Of a DNA stretch of 64,000 nt, positions 10,201 through 18,900 are shown piece after piece. The stretch comes from Candidatus Iainarchaeum sp. (lineage in GTDB: Archaea; Iainarchaeota; Iainarchaeia; Iainarchaeales; JAXPJC01): contig JACPJC010000007.1 of assembly GCA_016187745.1 (NCBI GenBank), positions 35,429 to 99,428 on the forward strand, in the 5' to 3' direction. The translations under genes and the position numbers were made by a program. Each line of letters opens with the position of its first letter. The first letter of the stretch is position 1. The notes beneath the pieces were generated by a model that was not told where the DNA came from, searched no databases, and saw only the letters and a list, made by a program, of their open reading frames with translations.

Positions 10201-12160
10201 TCAGCGCGTCATCGCTCCCCGCCCTTATGTGCATTCCCGCCTCATCAAAGCTTGAATTTGCAGGAATCAGCAATTGCAGCTTTGCGATGTATTTCTGCCC
10301 CGGGCTTAACGAATCCGCAATTTCCAGATCCTCAGTTGCGAAAATCCCAAGGACTTTCACTTCAAGCTTTGCAATGTCCTTTGCGAGCGCAATCTCAATA
10401 TTCTGCGTGACATCCCTTATTGGCAGATATGCGATTGTCGTGTGCTTCAGGTAGCCTGAAGCGCTTGCAACAAAGTATATCTTCCTGTCAATCCTCTCAT
10501 CAATTGCCTTTGTCCCCTGCAAATTTGTTGTGTTCTCCGAAAGCCTTGCGTTTGTGTATGCGTTGTATACCTCAACCTTTGCTGCGGCAAGCGGCTTCTG
10601 CTCGTTGTCAAGGACGCTTACATTGAATGTTCCGCTTCCAATTGCAAGCCTTACAACGACTGAATTTTCCTCCCTTGCTATTACCGCAGTAACATCGCTT
10701 ACCGCGGAGCCAAACCCTGTTTTCAGTACTTCCGCATAGTAATTGCCGGGCTCAAGCCTCTCAAATGCCACTTCCCCGTTTATGCCTGTCGAAAGCTCGC
10801 TTCCCACAATTGAATCATCCGAAGCCCTGTGCAGCCTTACCTTCACATCTTCCACAGGGAGCGCAAACTCATCAACAACTTTCACTTTCAGCGAGTTTGC
10901 ATTTGCAGAGGTTGCAGGCGCAAGCAGCACATCAACAAAAGCAGCGGACTTCTGCACTTGTGTGAGGGTTTTGAGCATATATGCGGGATGGTCTATGACA
11001 ATATCATATAGAACATTCTCTGCAACATTGAATTCAACCTTCCCGTCAATTGCGCTCGGCCTGCCTGCAAGCTCTGTTCCGTCCTTTATCAGTTTTACAG
11101 TTGCGTTTGAAACAGGCGCGTTTGTGCTTGCGTCCTTCAGCAGTAGCATTATTTTCCCGACAGCCTTTGTGAAGAGCGCAATGCTCTTCTGCAGTACCGC
11201 ATCAGGCAATAACTCATTTATTTCTGCCCTTCCGTCATACTCCGCATATTTTCCCGAAGCGTCATATGTTGCAAAATAATATTTTCCCGCGGGGATTTCA
11301 GAGAATACGGCGCTTCCTGAGGAGCCTGTGATTTTCTTCGCGATCTGCATCCCGCCCTCATCCTTCAGATTAACCTCAATTCCCGCAATTGCCTGCTGAA
11401 GCTCATTCGCAACATAAACATTTATTGCCCCCTTCCCCCCTGCCTCCTCGCTTAAATACACGTCCACTGTTGCGCCTGAAGTTCCAAGCTCAATAGCATC
11501 CTGCTCGGTTGTAAATCCGTTTTTTGGAGCAGCATACAGAATTCCGCAGTTCTCCGGAATTCCGCTGAGCTCAATTACCCCGTTGCTGGTTGTTTTTGTT
11601 TCGCTGTATTCCGAAGCAGCGCTGCAGGAGAATTCAACCGCCACTTCCTTCTTCACAAGCTCTGTTGTTCCCTTCTCAAGCAGCTGTATTGTCCTTGAAA
11701 GCGTTTTGCGCAATAATTCAAGCACCAATGGAAGCGATTCGCTCCCGCTTTTTGCTGTAAACCTCATCGCCTTGTCCTTGTAGCCGGATTTTGTTATTTT
11801 TATCCCGACTTCCTGCCCTATTGGAAGTTTTGCAAGGAACTTTCCCTCATCAGTTGTATTTCCGGTTTGCACTATCCCATTGGGGAGCGTAATTATCACA
11901 TCGGCATTTGCAATTGCCCCCGCATCAGAAGAAACGCTGAGCATTATGCTTGAAGTGCCAGGCGCAATAATACCATAAGCAATAAATCCAATTCCCGCAA
12001 TTAGTGCAATCAAAACAACCAGCGCAATCGGAAAAGTAGGAATTCCCCTGTCCTCAAACGCATCAACAAGCGAATAAATTGGAAGCCCATGCGCATCTAC
12101 CCAGTCAAGGAACCTGTAATATCCGTCCTCCGCCTTGAAATATATGTCCTTCAGAGCCAT
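4235..12160 (-). CDS. Giant membrane-anchored surface protein, paralog 2 (2641 aa)
   Basis: N-terminal EDGYY motif and TM helix; repeated CarboxypepD_reg-like beta-sandwiches (V.D....P...A.V.L; T...G...F; G.Y); Gly/Tyr-rich loop; Cys-containing C-terminal domains. Confidence 0.93.
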   Translation of the reverse strand: MALKDIYFKAEDGYYRFLDWVDAHGLPIYSLVDAFEDRGIPTFPIALVVLIALIAGIGFIAYGIIAPGTSSIMLSVSSDAGAIANADVIITLPNGIVQTGNTTDEGKFLAKLPIGQEVGIKITKSGYKDKAMRFTAKSGSESLPLVLELLRKTLSRTIQLLEKGTTELVKKEVAVEFSCSAASEYSETKTTSNGVIELSGIPENCGILYAAPKNGFTTEQDAIELGTSGATVDVYLSEEAGGKGAINVYVANELQQAIAGIEVNLKDEGGMQIAKKITGSSGSAVFSEIPAGKYYFATYDASGKYAEYDGRAEINELLPDAVLQKSIALFTKAVGKIMLLLKDASTNAPVSNATVKLIKDGTELAGRPSAIDGKVEFNVAENVLYDIVIDHPAYMLKTLTQVQKSAAFVDVLLAPATSANANSLKVKVVDEFALPVEDVKVRLHRASDDSIVGSELSTGINGEVAFERLEPGNYYAEVLKTGFGSAVSDVTAVIAREENSVVVRLAIGSGTFNVSVLDNEQKPLAAAKVEVYNAYTNARLSENTTNLQGTKAIDERIDRKIYFVASASGYLKHTTIAYLPIRDVTQNIEIALAKDIAKLEVKVLGIFATEDLEIADSLSPGQKYIAKLQLLIPANSSFDEAGMHIRAGSDDALIMEKDPIYLRNIYASTSGMTKGSSYTPPNNYATDALHLTTGNAKWSNIVWKNASDGIYDAEAEIIVKDGIAIGTLTELQYRGWGKKGAYVRFPTDSTLGSSESSGSKQALYAQTNSLPLSIGPSNLCDDVFCYRLIIEDIASGNLQTSIVDSYSAKVSNDYKLIFTITSKASTTFASSKLKIYNETGSLGFSGYEITTVTGAKIPGTLTGASLEIDVGDAATNSKFYGNLGFRTAKEGSTLLRMELISGNEKVMQKSISINIAGAKALSVEVLPKIIVPFVQNNLLIRVTDSNDGSALADAVVTILKNGTTLASGTTDFNGIFAYALASVSSGTSLEFRAEKSNYKQNSLSMGVSEDILEISPEKINETLTIAGSDRKDVELLLNNITELPLMISSISASGDLDGLATITFADTYEDSALPKGEDFNIGIILDLTDEGKRVDEITKLSASIDISLESTDASATWRISVPVNITIGFGAEADDSSCLTINPGTWDLFASTGSKTLSIALQNNCEVGGEGIVLRELSVKMTQANDNALGTFEISSDIEDSSDVSLTNTYAEIAPLIEAGASATIKLEFEPEDVTSGEATYNIIFKAINKTTRGDEEISTQLKVNAKVNDLQECVEVIQSAALAIESCPYNMGYGNYGNFGFGGGFGGSGGGPGFSGMGGFSGANYNPYQQWGYTPNQQPWLGNYDQLYANNYPSSNYQQPFYGSDYGTGGYGGIGGGIGAYGSSFNCGKTSFTVRNNCSSAVEISLSSDPALIVDKATTALSAGEELESEVQAAYMVGNYPIDVKARVKDSKDASTTITTLMVSVSNIFTKTWFDCVQLDKKKFKFNSFIGKPVSGKVFNDCYDSGVRLIYSADSIKISEGSMYTTPPISAEPGKTPAPEQLRLAKEVSVTAIYTEGAGDHTREILQFEIIKDVQYRGGGANLTSTNPIQQIGNLRYALTAGYYTVESRATMSVEFITRYGTRERIPFNVVLEDLWLAAGALPQEDIFGDPKVDLDLCINKDALNLQNIIAGDSDNCISVTDTGLFKEGTILVHPPEGEAPLFGGYLLGYSPADNKNWVMRISPKLCGTSDKIMLERTELLGSRGTRVNFETIQNSHDIRVTVDASALPDGATERFDEKLRITATRPSLGITRRYELPFKLCIKGKNVVSIPIKPAAALKCTSENTGSAAYDQYGFRHLKYSWTWASILKNACDKKEGSGENYTVCDATQFSIALNKKAGEIKKLAEKVNSLYPDNSYEFADKEMIGKPIGDLKDSENFFRFVKEKIYIESLNNKVNSITERYQFFVDSKQGILESPDSKSITNVKLLNAKSESINAGLGTTGVKALSAYGNPAELPAPKNMSDVVVEINIKGLTDSDRPILEELGAERNSVTGKWLMTYEDFYVFYGKIYDAIKNADKIDGTIYANDCGKETNVNYKFCVISQLDPNSDLDSAIWDQAKKDYAGRKFLWITVQKPIDWAAWQKDSATHTFISKEWLVNIYSPLKGALKFVAGIRHKPILTKPQIEAILKNGMENDDFVTFLSGAGYAGYYPPPDAAADGKYFHTENVEFKSYLMRDGYSPDFKADFKEFATKKGFLSSLVGDFTTWNLLNGSGGELVVDKPALYDVKIKYVFADPNVPAITADAPLITVSVDTSKPESSKFGEKMQNNLFFYMPIDGEVGLEKEKDKEGKDTDKDILNRDGYGTTWATAEPTVLAACNEDCEKKGKTAPESTSSSLLGVVESIRALPSGTTKGAEHFKLVQNKSYSSMRNGVVLSIDRDNDKFTYSPSVAVKINLAIFKNDLSRGAGIFYELSSGTAIAALVETPKEGLEGVISIPEREPIFNWVVAAAGMDFGGNPLAKGAAINEIYSSQGALCAGTSMSHALLWSKATMQGEIDLKTVAYLPAKYAYSLQIFCGADITDIGGTLIDWAKEAGTKEIALNTGLGTEELAKFNPLAIPEKISSGELCINTTANSADIFWNPDKGTGSAVEAAGHTDHTS

Positions 12161-12274
12161 CTAATCACTCAATAATTATATATAATGAATATCCGCCTTT
12201 ATTTACTTTGCGTTTGCCGGTTTTAGCAGTTCCGCGCCGTTTCTATTATTCATTTAATGTTTATATATTTATTC

Positions 12275-12290
12275 ATTCAGGATAGCAGCC
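12275..12290. repeat. 16-bp direct repeat copy 1 (ATTCAGGATAGCAGCC)
   Basis: Identical to 13592..13607; overlaps the stop codon of the ATPase gene. Confidence 0.85.
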
Positions 12291-13488
12291 ATTTCCAGAC
12301 AGGCTTTACAATTATGTGCCTGTTTTTAATCTCCAGCCTGTCTTCCTGGTTGTTTGTGAGTATAAGCCCCTCCCTGAGATTGAATTTTTCGAGCGCTTCA
12401 AGCAGGCCATTTATTTCCCTTTCCTTATTGTCTTCATCAAGCCCCCAGCATACTTGGATTGCCCTTGTTATTTTTTCCCTTTCCTTTACAAGAAAGTCAC
12501 ATTCATTCTTTTCCCTGAAATAAAAAATTTGCTGGTTTTTTCTCCTCAACCCAAGGAAAACAGCATTTTCAAGCATCCTTCCATTATCTGAAGAAAAGGA
12601 AGCCGAATTTACGCTTGCCAGCCCGTTGTCTATTGCATATATCTTTTTCAGGCTAACCAGCTGCTTTTTCAGCGAATAATCAAACTTCGGGAGCGCAAAC
12701 AGCAGATAGCAGTCCTCAAGATATGAAATGAATGCAATTGCGCTGTTTGTGGAGCCGAGCGAAAATAGCTTTTTTATGCCGTTATATGAGAATTCCTTCC
12801 CAATGTTTGTAAGCAGAAATACCGCAATCCGTTTGACTGTTTTCAGGTTTCTCAGCCCATATCTCACTACAACATCCCTCGCAATAACATCGTTCAGCAA
12901 TTCCTGGAGTATTTCAGCCTTTTCGCTTTTCAGGTATTCAGGGAAGCCGCCCTTGCAGAGGTAATCCTCAAATGCGGCATGGCTCGGCTTCCTGCCCTTT
13001 AGCGTGAGGAATTCAGCAAATGAGAAAGGGAAAAGCTCATAGCGCAAATGCCTCCCTGTAAGCCTTGTCCCAAGCTCTCTGCTCAGAAGAGAGGCATTTG
13101 AGCCGGTAATTACAAAGTGCTTTTTATTGTCCAGCATTGTCCGCACAAAAAGCTCCCATTTCTGGACATTCTGGATTTCATCAAAAAAATAATAATCGCT
13201 CCTGCCAAACTCCTCCAAAAACACATCATTGAGCTTCTGGAAATCCGAAACTTCAAAGCCAGCCGCCCTCGGGTCCTCAAAATTGAAATAATAAAAACCA
13301 TTTGTTTTTTTTATCAGCTGGCGGAGCAGGGTGCTCTTTCCGCAGCGCCTTATGCCTGAGAGAATCATTGCAAAAGGCAGCTTCAGGTCAAGCTCCCTGT
13401 TTTTCTCCCGCACTATCCCATAATCAGCACCAGAAAGCGAATCACGCTGGGAGCGCACAATGCCCCTCAAAGTTTCCTTAAGCAGCAT
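12277..13488 (-). CDS. AAA+ ATP-binding protein (AAA_14 + DUF4143 family)
   Basis: Walker A GIRRCGKST, Walker B FFDEIQ, ITGSNA, LTGR, GGFPEY, KKIYAIDNG, LENAV, ECDF..IQV nuclease-like tail. Confidence 0.92.
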   Translation of the reverse strand: MLLKETLRGIVRSQRDSLSGADYGIVREKNRELDLKLPFAMILSGIRRCGKSTLLRQLIKKTNGFYYFNFEDPRAAGFEVSDFQKLNDVFLEEFGRSDYYFFDEIQNVQKWELFVRTMLDNKKHFVITGSNASLLSRELGTRLTGRHLRYELFPFSFAEFLTLKGRKPSHAAFEDYLCKGGFPEYLKSEKAEILQELLNDVIARDVVVRYGLRNLKTVKRIAVFLLTNIGKEFSYNGIKKLFSLGSTNSAIAFISYLEDCYLLFALPKFDYSLKKQLVSLKKIYAIDNGLASVNSASFSSDNGRMLENAVFLGLRRKNQQIFYFREKNECDFLVKEREKITRAIQVCWGLDEDNKEREINGLLEALEKFNLREGLILTNNQEDRLEIKNRHIIVKPVWKWLLS

Positions 13489-13523
13489 AATAATATCCTT
13501 ATCCGCATGGTTTTTTAAATGTT

Positions 13524-13565
13524 TTCATTACTAATGCACACTTTTGTTCATTACTAATGCACACT
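13524..13565. promoter_or_regulatory. Tandem 19-bp direct repeats, each containing the palindrome CATTA-C-TAATG; probable operator upstream of the AAA gene
   Basis: TTCATTACTAATGCACACT at 13524-13542 and 13547-13565 (23-bp period). Confidence 0.65.
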
Positions 13566-13589
13566 ATAGGATACAACTCGGATACGCTC

Positions 13590-15227
13590 CTATTCAGGAT
13601 AGCAGCCCCCCGGGCCAATAGCTGGCTCGGCCGTTATATCCGTCCTTGAATAGCAAGTCCATTCGCTTAAATCAACTGCTGCAAGTTCTTCCGGTGCATT
13701 AGAAAGCGCGCACGTTGGGGGAGCCGCATTAGCGCTCTTGAATTTTGCTGAGAAAGGGGTGTATGCATAATCCGCAAGCCTTATCCTGAATTCCGCGCCC
13801 ATTGCCTTATTGACCTTGTAGTGCTCATTGTTCTCCCTGAAGCGCAGCTGCATTTCAACCGCGCTCACTTCGCTGCAGTAGGAAGTGCTTCCAGGATTTG
13901 CAGGAATCCCGCTGTCCCCCCCGCCGGTTTCAGGCCCCCTTGCAATTACCTTCCCGTCGGACAGATAAAAGCCGGTTCCCCCGCGCATAGCAGAGCACGG
14001 GGAATATGAATGTCCTGAATCCCCAGAACCCTCGCTTCCGCCATCATCCTGTATTATTATTTTTGAAGGCCTTGCCTGTGTAGTGGCTGAAAACAGCTCT
14101 GCAATGTCGCATGCGCTTGCTCCGCTTCCAACAAGCTCCAGCCCATCCCACTGCCTTTCAGCGCCGATAGAATTTTTTGCAATCCCGCATATCCTTTCCT
14201 GCGCAAGCGCCTTCAGTGCGTCATTTGCGGCCTCTCCAATGCCCGAGGCATCATATGCATCAGGGTTCTGCATCAGATTGCTAATGCCCGCGCTTCTTGA
14301 CCAGCTGCCCGGGGAAAATTCGACCCTGTAATCCCCGCCCCTGTTGTCCCCCGGGCAATATTTGTCTGTATCTCCGATTGCCGAATTCGCAGAATCATAG
14401 GGGTCCTCCCTCGGAGCGCAGCTCTTTGCATCGCACATCCCGAGGCGCATTTCCTCAATCTCATTATGGACCCCCGCGGAAAACAGCCCGCCATCATTTG
14501 CAGCAAATGCAATGCTCCTTGCAATTGCAATCGCCTTGAACAATCTCAAGGGGACGAAAATCCTGAATTTTCCCTTGGGAAGGACTGGCTCCTTTATTCT
14601 CCTTCCCGTGTTCTCATTGAAAACAAGAATCTGGGGAAGCATCTCGTAATCCGGCTCTTCCAGCGACTTTATGTCAAGCACAACATAGAAGGTTCCGGGG
14701 TTGCATTCATCAGGATTGCCATCAGGGCAGCCCACAACCTGTAAAAATTCACTCGCCCCCACGCTATTGTCAATCGCCTTCTGCAAAGCGCCAACCATCT
14801 CAACCTCTGAACCGACAATCACAACATTATAGCTGCCGAAGCTTTTGCCTGTCGTGCCGGTGCCAAGAAGGCTTGAGATTACCTTTGCCGTGTATCTGGC
14901 AAACGCGCCCCCGCCGCTGAATTTTGAACTTGCAAAATCATTCTGCAGCTCCTGCCATGTCCTCGCTTCCGGGCCAAGGATGTAATAATTGCCGGGCTCA
15001 AGGAGATAATCGCTTATCTGCCAGCGCATATTGTAATTGAAGACCTGCATCGCATCAGCCCTGCTCAGGTCCGCAATCGCCTGCATTTCCGCCTGCTCCT
15101 CAATGCTCCTTATTATGTCAACGGTATTCCTTTCGGTCTGCATCATGTTCTGCGCAAGGAGGAGCGCAAGCACTATAAGCACGAACGAAACAAGCGCAGT
15201 GAATAAGTTGAATGCCCTTTCGCGCAT
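13590..15227 (-). CDS. Large prepilin-like secreted protein (545 aa, Cys-rich)
   Basis: MRERA/FNLFTALVSFVLIVLALLL resembles a class III signal peptide; long helix, then a Cys-rich globular region. Confidence 0.75.
   Translation of the reverse strand: MRERAFNLFTALVSFVLIVLALLLAQNMMQTERNTVDIIRSIEEQAEMQAIADLSRADAMQVFNYNMRWQISDYLLEPGNYYILGPEARTWQELQNDFASSKFSGGGAFARYTAKVISSLLGTGTTGKSFGSYNVVIVGSEVEMVGALQKAIDNSVGASEFLQVVGCPDGNPDECNPGTFYVVLDIKSLEEPDYEMLPQILVFNENTGRRIKEPVLPKGKFRIFVPLRLFKAIAIARSIAFAANDGGLFSAGVHNEIEEMRLGMCDAKSCAPREDPYDSANSAIGDTDKYCPGDNRGGDYRVEFSPGSWSRSAGISNLMQNPDAYDASGIGEAANDALKALAQERICGIAKNSIGAERQWDGLELVGSGASACDIAELFSATTQARPSKIIIQDDGGSEGSGDSGHSYSPCSAMRGGTGFYLSDGKVIARGPETGGGDSGIPANPGSTSYCSEVSAVEMQLRFRENNEHYKVNKAMGAEFRIRLADYAYTPFSAKFKSANAAPPTCALSNAPEELAAVDLSEWTCYSRTDITAEPAIGPGGCYPE
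13592..13607. repeat. 16-bp direct repeat copy 2 (ATTCAGGATAGCAGCC)
   Basis: Identical to 12275..12290; encodes GCYPE at the 3' end of the 545-aa gene. Confidence 0.85.
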
Positions 15228-15295
15228 GAGAATCAGGACTAATAATAATTAATGGGATATATATGCGTTATGCCAAGCCTTATTGTGCCATACGG

Positions 15296-15574
15296 CTACT
15301 TATATGCGTCATCATGATGTTTGAATTTGTCAAAAAGAATATATCCTTCTTTCTTGGAAACCTTAAATAGAAGAACAAAACTCTTGGCTATATGCGCACG
15401 CTTGTAATCAGCCAGACTATGGCGAAGATTTTTGTAATGTTCTATGGTCCGTTCATCAGAGCTGATTATCTGCTTGATTTTCTTATTTAATATTCCAAGA
15501 GTTTTTTTGTCCTTCTTTTCAAGTATCCTGATTGTCGCCTTTAGTTCATCTGACAGGTCAAATGAAAAAGTCAT
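15296..15574 (-). CDS. RelE/ParE-family toxin
   Basis: 92 aa, basic; HYKNLRHSLADYKRAHI..SFVLLF and C-terminal HHDDAYK; abuts the upstream antitoxin gene. Confidence 0.85.
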   Translation of the reverse strand: MTFSFDLSDELKATIRILEKKDKKTLGILNKKIKQIISSDERTIEHYKNLRHSLADYKRAHIAKSFVLLFKVSKKEGYILFDKFKHHDDAYK

Positions 15575-15853
15575 TCATTCGCCCCTGCATAGCCTGTCAA
15601 GCTCTTCAACACTCATGCTTCTGAATCCATATTTTTTAATATGCCTATCGCAGGATTCAATTACTTCCCTTACAACTTCATCCTTTACTTCCTTGTCAAT
15701 GAATTCATCAACAAAATCACCCCCGTACAGCTCCGCAAACTTGTCCAGCGCCTCGGATTTGTCGCGCAGGCCGTATTTTTCCTTAATTACCCCAAGCACC
15801 CTGTTGGTATAATCCTTGGCCCTCAGGTTCATGGTTACGGTTCTTCCTCTCAT
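15575..15853 (-). CDS. Antitoxin (DUF2683-like, RHH-type N-terminus)
   Basis: YTNRVLGVIKEKYGLRDKSEAL motif, acidic C-terminal half; stop directly precedes the toxin ATG. Confidence 0.8.
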   Translation of the reverse strand: MRGRTVTMNLRAKDYTNRVLGVIKEKYGLRDKSEALDKFAELYGGDFVDEFIDKEVKDEVVREVIESCDRHIKKYGFRSMSVEELDRLCRGE

Positions 15854-15894
15854 GTTAGTCCTCCTAACATAGAATTAGTCCAACTAATTTATAA
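15852..15894 (-). promoter_or_regulatory. TA promoter with two palindromic operators
   Basis: ATGTTAG-tcctc-CTAACAT (15852-15870) and AATTAG-tccaa-CTAATT (15873-15889). Minus-strand TTATAAA box adjacent; AGGAGG SD lies inside the first palindrome. Confidence 0.7.
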
Positions 15895-15933
15895 GGATTG
15901 CGCCTTACCCGGGCGATTTCCCAGCCATTGCAA

Positions 15934-18900
15934 TTAAGCGTTTTGCCCGGCCAGAATAAATGTGCTGTCGCCCTGCGGTATTACCTTGAATTGGTTCCAT
16001 TGCAAATACATATTGTAAACGGCTTCATATTCCCTGTCCGCCAGGTCTGGCGTATGCTTGTTTTTCGGGTCATTGTTATAATCCTTTAACGCATTAATGA
16101 TCTGCTGCTTGCCAGAGTTGCTTGTAATGCCCTTTTCATGGAACCACCTTGCTGCGCATTCTATATTCTGCGCCGGCTCTTTGGAATCTGGATTGGCAAC
16201 GTCGCAGCCCATTATATGATCGCTTGATGCAATGCCAAGGCCGCTCTTCAGAATGCCAACCGCAACAAGTAATGCATCCGGCACATCCCTCCTTGTTCCG
16301 GGCCCAACTTCCCTGTGCGCAAGGCTTCCAATCAGGCCGCCATAATTCTCATAATATGCGATAATGTATTTTACATCTTGCCTGTCAAATTTGCTGGCAT
16401 CAGGCAATAGGCCGTACTCAGGCACAGGCTCAGAAAGCTCTTTCGGGTCGCATTCTTCAATCCATTTCACGTCCTTCACATTCTTCAGTTCACCTTCAAC
16501 ATCCACTATGGGGCCGGAAATTTTCCATTGCGTCTTTCCATCCTTCTCTTCCACATCAATCCTGTAGGTTGAATATTTTACAAAATCAATGTCGCTTATC
16601 TGCCCGAAAGTGGGCCCATATGCGCTTACACCAACCACATTAAGCGTCGGCTGCAGCTGCGGGAACACATTGTGCATATATACACTATAGAAGAGCATTC
16701 CAATCGCGTCTTCAATGATTCCTGTAAGAAGCCCCTTCCCTACATTTATGAGATTTTCTTTACTAACCATGCTGGTAAAGAACCTGCTAAACCTCTTCAT
16801 CGGAATCTGGTATGCGCCGCCGCTTTTCACGAATAAATCAGCATCTTTCCCAAATTCCTTCAGCACATTCTTTGCAATAACATTCTTTGTAAGATCGTCA
16901 GTAAGAGCCGCAGCTGGCTTCTTGGGCTTAACGCTGTTTAGCGCGCCTTTGATAGTTTCATCAATAAAGTCTTTTGGCGGCTTAAATTTTGCAACAAGTG
17001 TAACTCCAGTAGCCCTTGGTACCGGTACTGGTTCAAGTACTACAAGCCTTTCAACATTCTTAGTCAGAGAGGTTTTAATGTCATTTTTAATATTATCCCT
17101 GACTGTGCTAGGAACAGTGGTCTTAGAAAACTCTTCCAGTTTAGCGACTACGCTCTTGGTCAAATCTTCAGATATGTTATCAATCTGGCCACTAACTTGT
17201 GTAACATAATGGGCTTTTTGCATAGCAGGAGTTATATCACCAATTGTACTCTCCTGAAGCACAGTTGCTCTTGATGCGTGATCCAGAATTTCCTGAGTCT
17301 TGAATATTTCTTCAGCGCTTTTCTCCCAGGTCTTCTTTAGAACATCTTCGGCATCTATCCCGAAATTAGTCTTATACTTATCAAACTCGGTGATAACCTT
17401 CACATTGTCAGCTGTTTTTTCAACTGCATCTGCCACTGCCTTGGTAAGGGAATCATCAAGGGTTTTTTCACCCAAGTATCTTTTTGCATTTTTGGTCATT
17501 GTTTCTTCTAGTGCCTTTGCGCGCTCTGTTACATAATTAGTGGCAGCTCCCCCAAAGAACTTTTCATTTTCTTGCTGGGCGATCTGCTCTGCAACTTGCT
17601 TGGCTGCGGCTTTGAAAGAAGATTCCGAAGGCAGGCCTTTTAGCCCTGGAATTGTGAGCCTCCCGCCATATCTTCCAATCAGTTCAACTGCCGCGGCGTT
17701 AGTAATGTCCCCATAGTATCTTTTAACAACCTCTGTATTTTGAGAAGCCAGCGCAGAAGCTGCATCGCCTTGCATGCCGCCCGGCTTAGGCACATATCCG
17801 AGAATTTTGAAAGTTTCCCTTCCGTTTTTGAAACTTGCCCAGCCTGCAGGAACTCCGCAGTTCCATATTACATCAGCCACACCGCCAATGCCTGGCATCT
17901 TTAAGCTGCCGGCAATCATTGCGGCAATTCCGCAAGCCGCAAAGTAAACTCCTATCCCTGATTCCTGCAGCCAGAAGCGCTTAGTTTCATAGGCGGTCTG
18001 GCCTGGCTGTTGCGTGTTGGCCAATTGCTGTTTTGCATTGTCCAGGCGCGTATAAGCATCAGGCACCAGTTTGATTTTGCCCATGTTGATTTTTTCAGGC
18101 CCCCCGCCCCAAACAGCATTCGCATAATAGCTGCCGGGCTTTACTTCTCCCTTCGCAAGCTTGCTCATAAGCCTTACCGGATGTATGCCGCACATCTGCA
18201 GTTTTACATTTGCCTCTTCAGCAGTTCTTGCAGGATCGTCCTTGCTCTGCGCCGAAATTGCAACCTCCTTGTTATGGGCATCGGCAATAAAGTTATCCGG
18301 CTTAACGCACAGCTTATAGGGGTGCTCCCACTTCTTTTCCTTTTCAAACCATTTGAGCGAGAGCGCCTCATCCTTCCCTATTTCCCTTTTTTCTTCTGCA
18401 CTTTCAATCCATAATTTTGAAATTCCGCGCAGATTCGGCTCAAGCGTTCTGCTTTCAGTCTTTACCTTTTCGCTGATATCGGAAACAACAGAATACTCGC
18501 AGCATGAAGCCCCGCCCGTGTGCATCTTTAAGATACCTTCCTTGCAGCTCTCAATCTTGAATTCCCCAATCTCCTTCGTAGAGCGCAGCTTTAGCGAGAG
18601 CAGATTGGCTGTGATGCAGGAGTCCTTGGAAATTGCGGCATTCTTCAGCTCGCGGATTGCCTTTCCTGCCTCTGCTGCAATTTCCTTCTGCTGCCCGCTC
18701 TGCACGTTAAGCGCCTCATTTATGTTTGCATAGAGAGTTTTCTGCGAATCCGCGCTCCCCCTTCCCTCTTTGGAAGCATCCCCGGAGCTCTGCAGGCTCA
18801 ATTGCACAACAGCGCCCTCAACCCCCCCGACAGCCAGCTGCACATGGTTTGAGGCGCTTGAATTCACAACCCTCTCCTCCTTGTTGAAAAGGGTTTTCGC

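Noticed and set aside
13524-13565. Possible mini-CRISPR
   Set aside because: Only two 19-bp units with a 4-bp gap, no spacers and no cas genes.
16410-16430. PVPEY in giant 3 as a PEF/PEP-CTERM signal
   Set aside because: It lies about 160 aa from the C-terminus and is not followed by a TM helix and basic tail.
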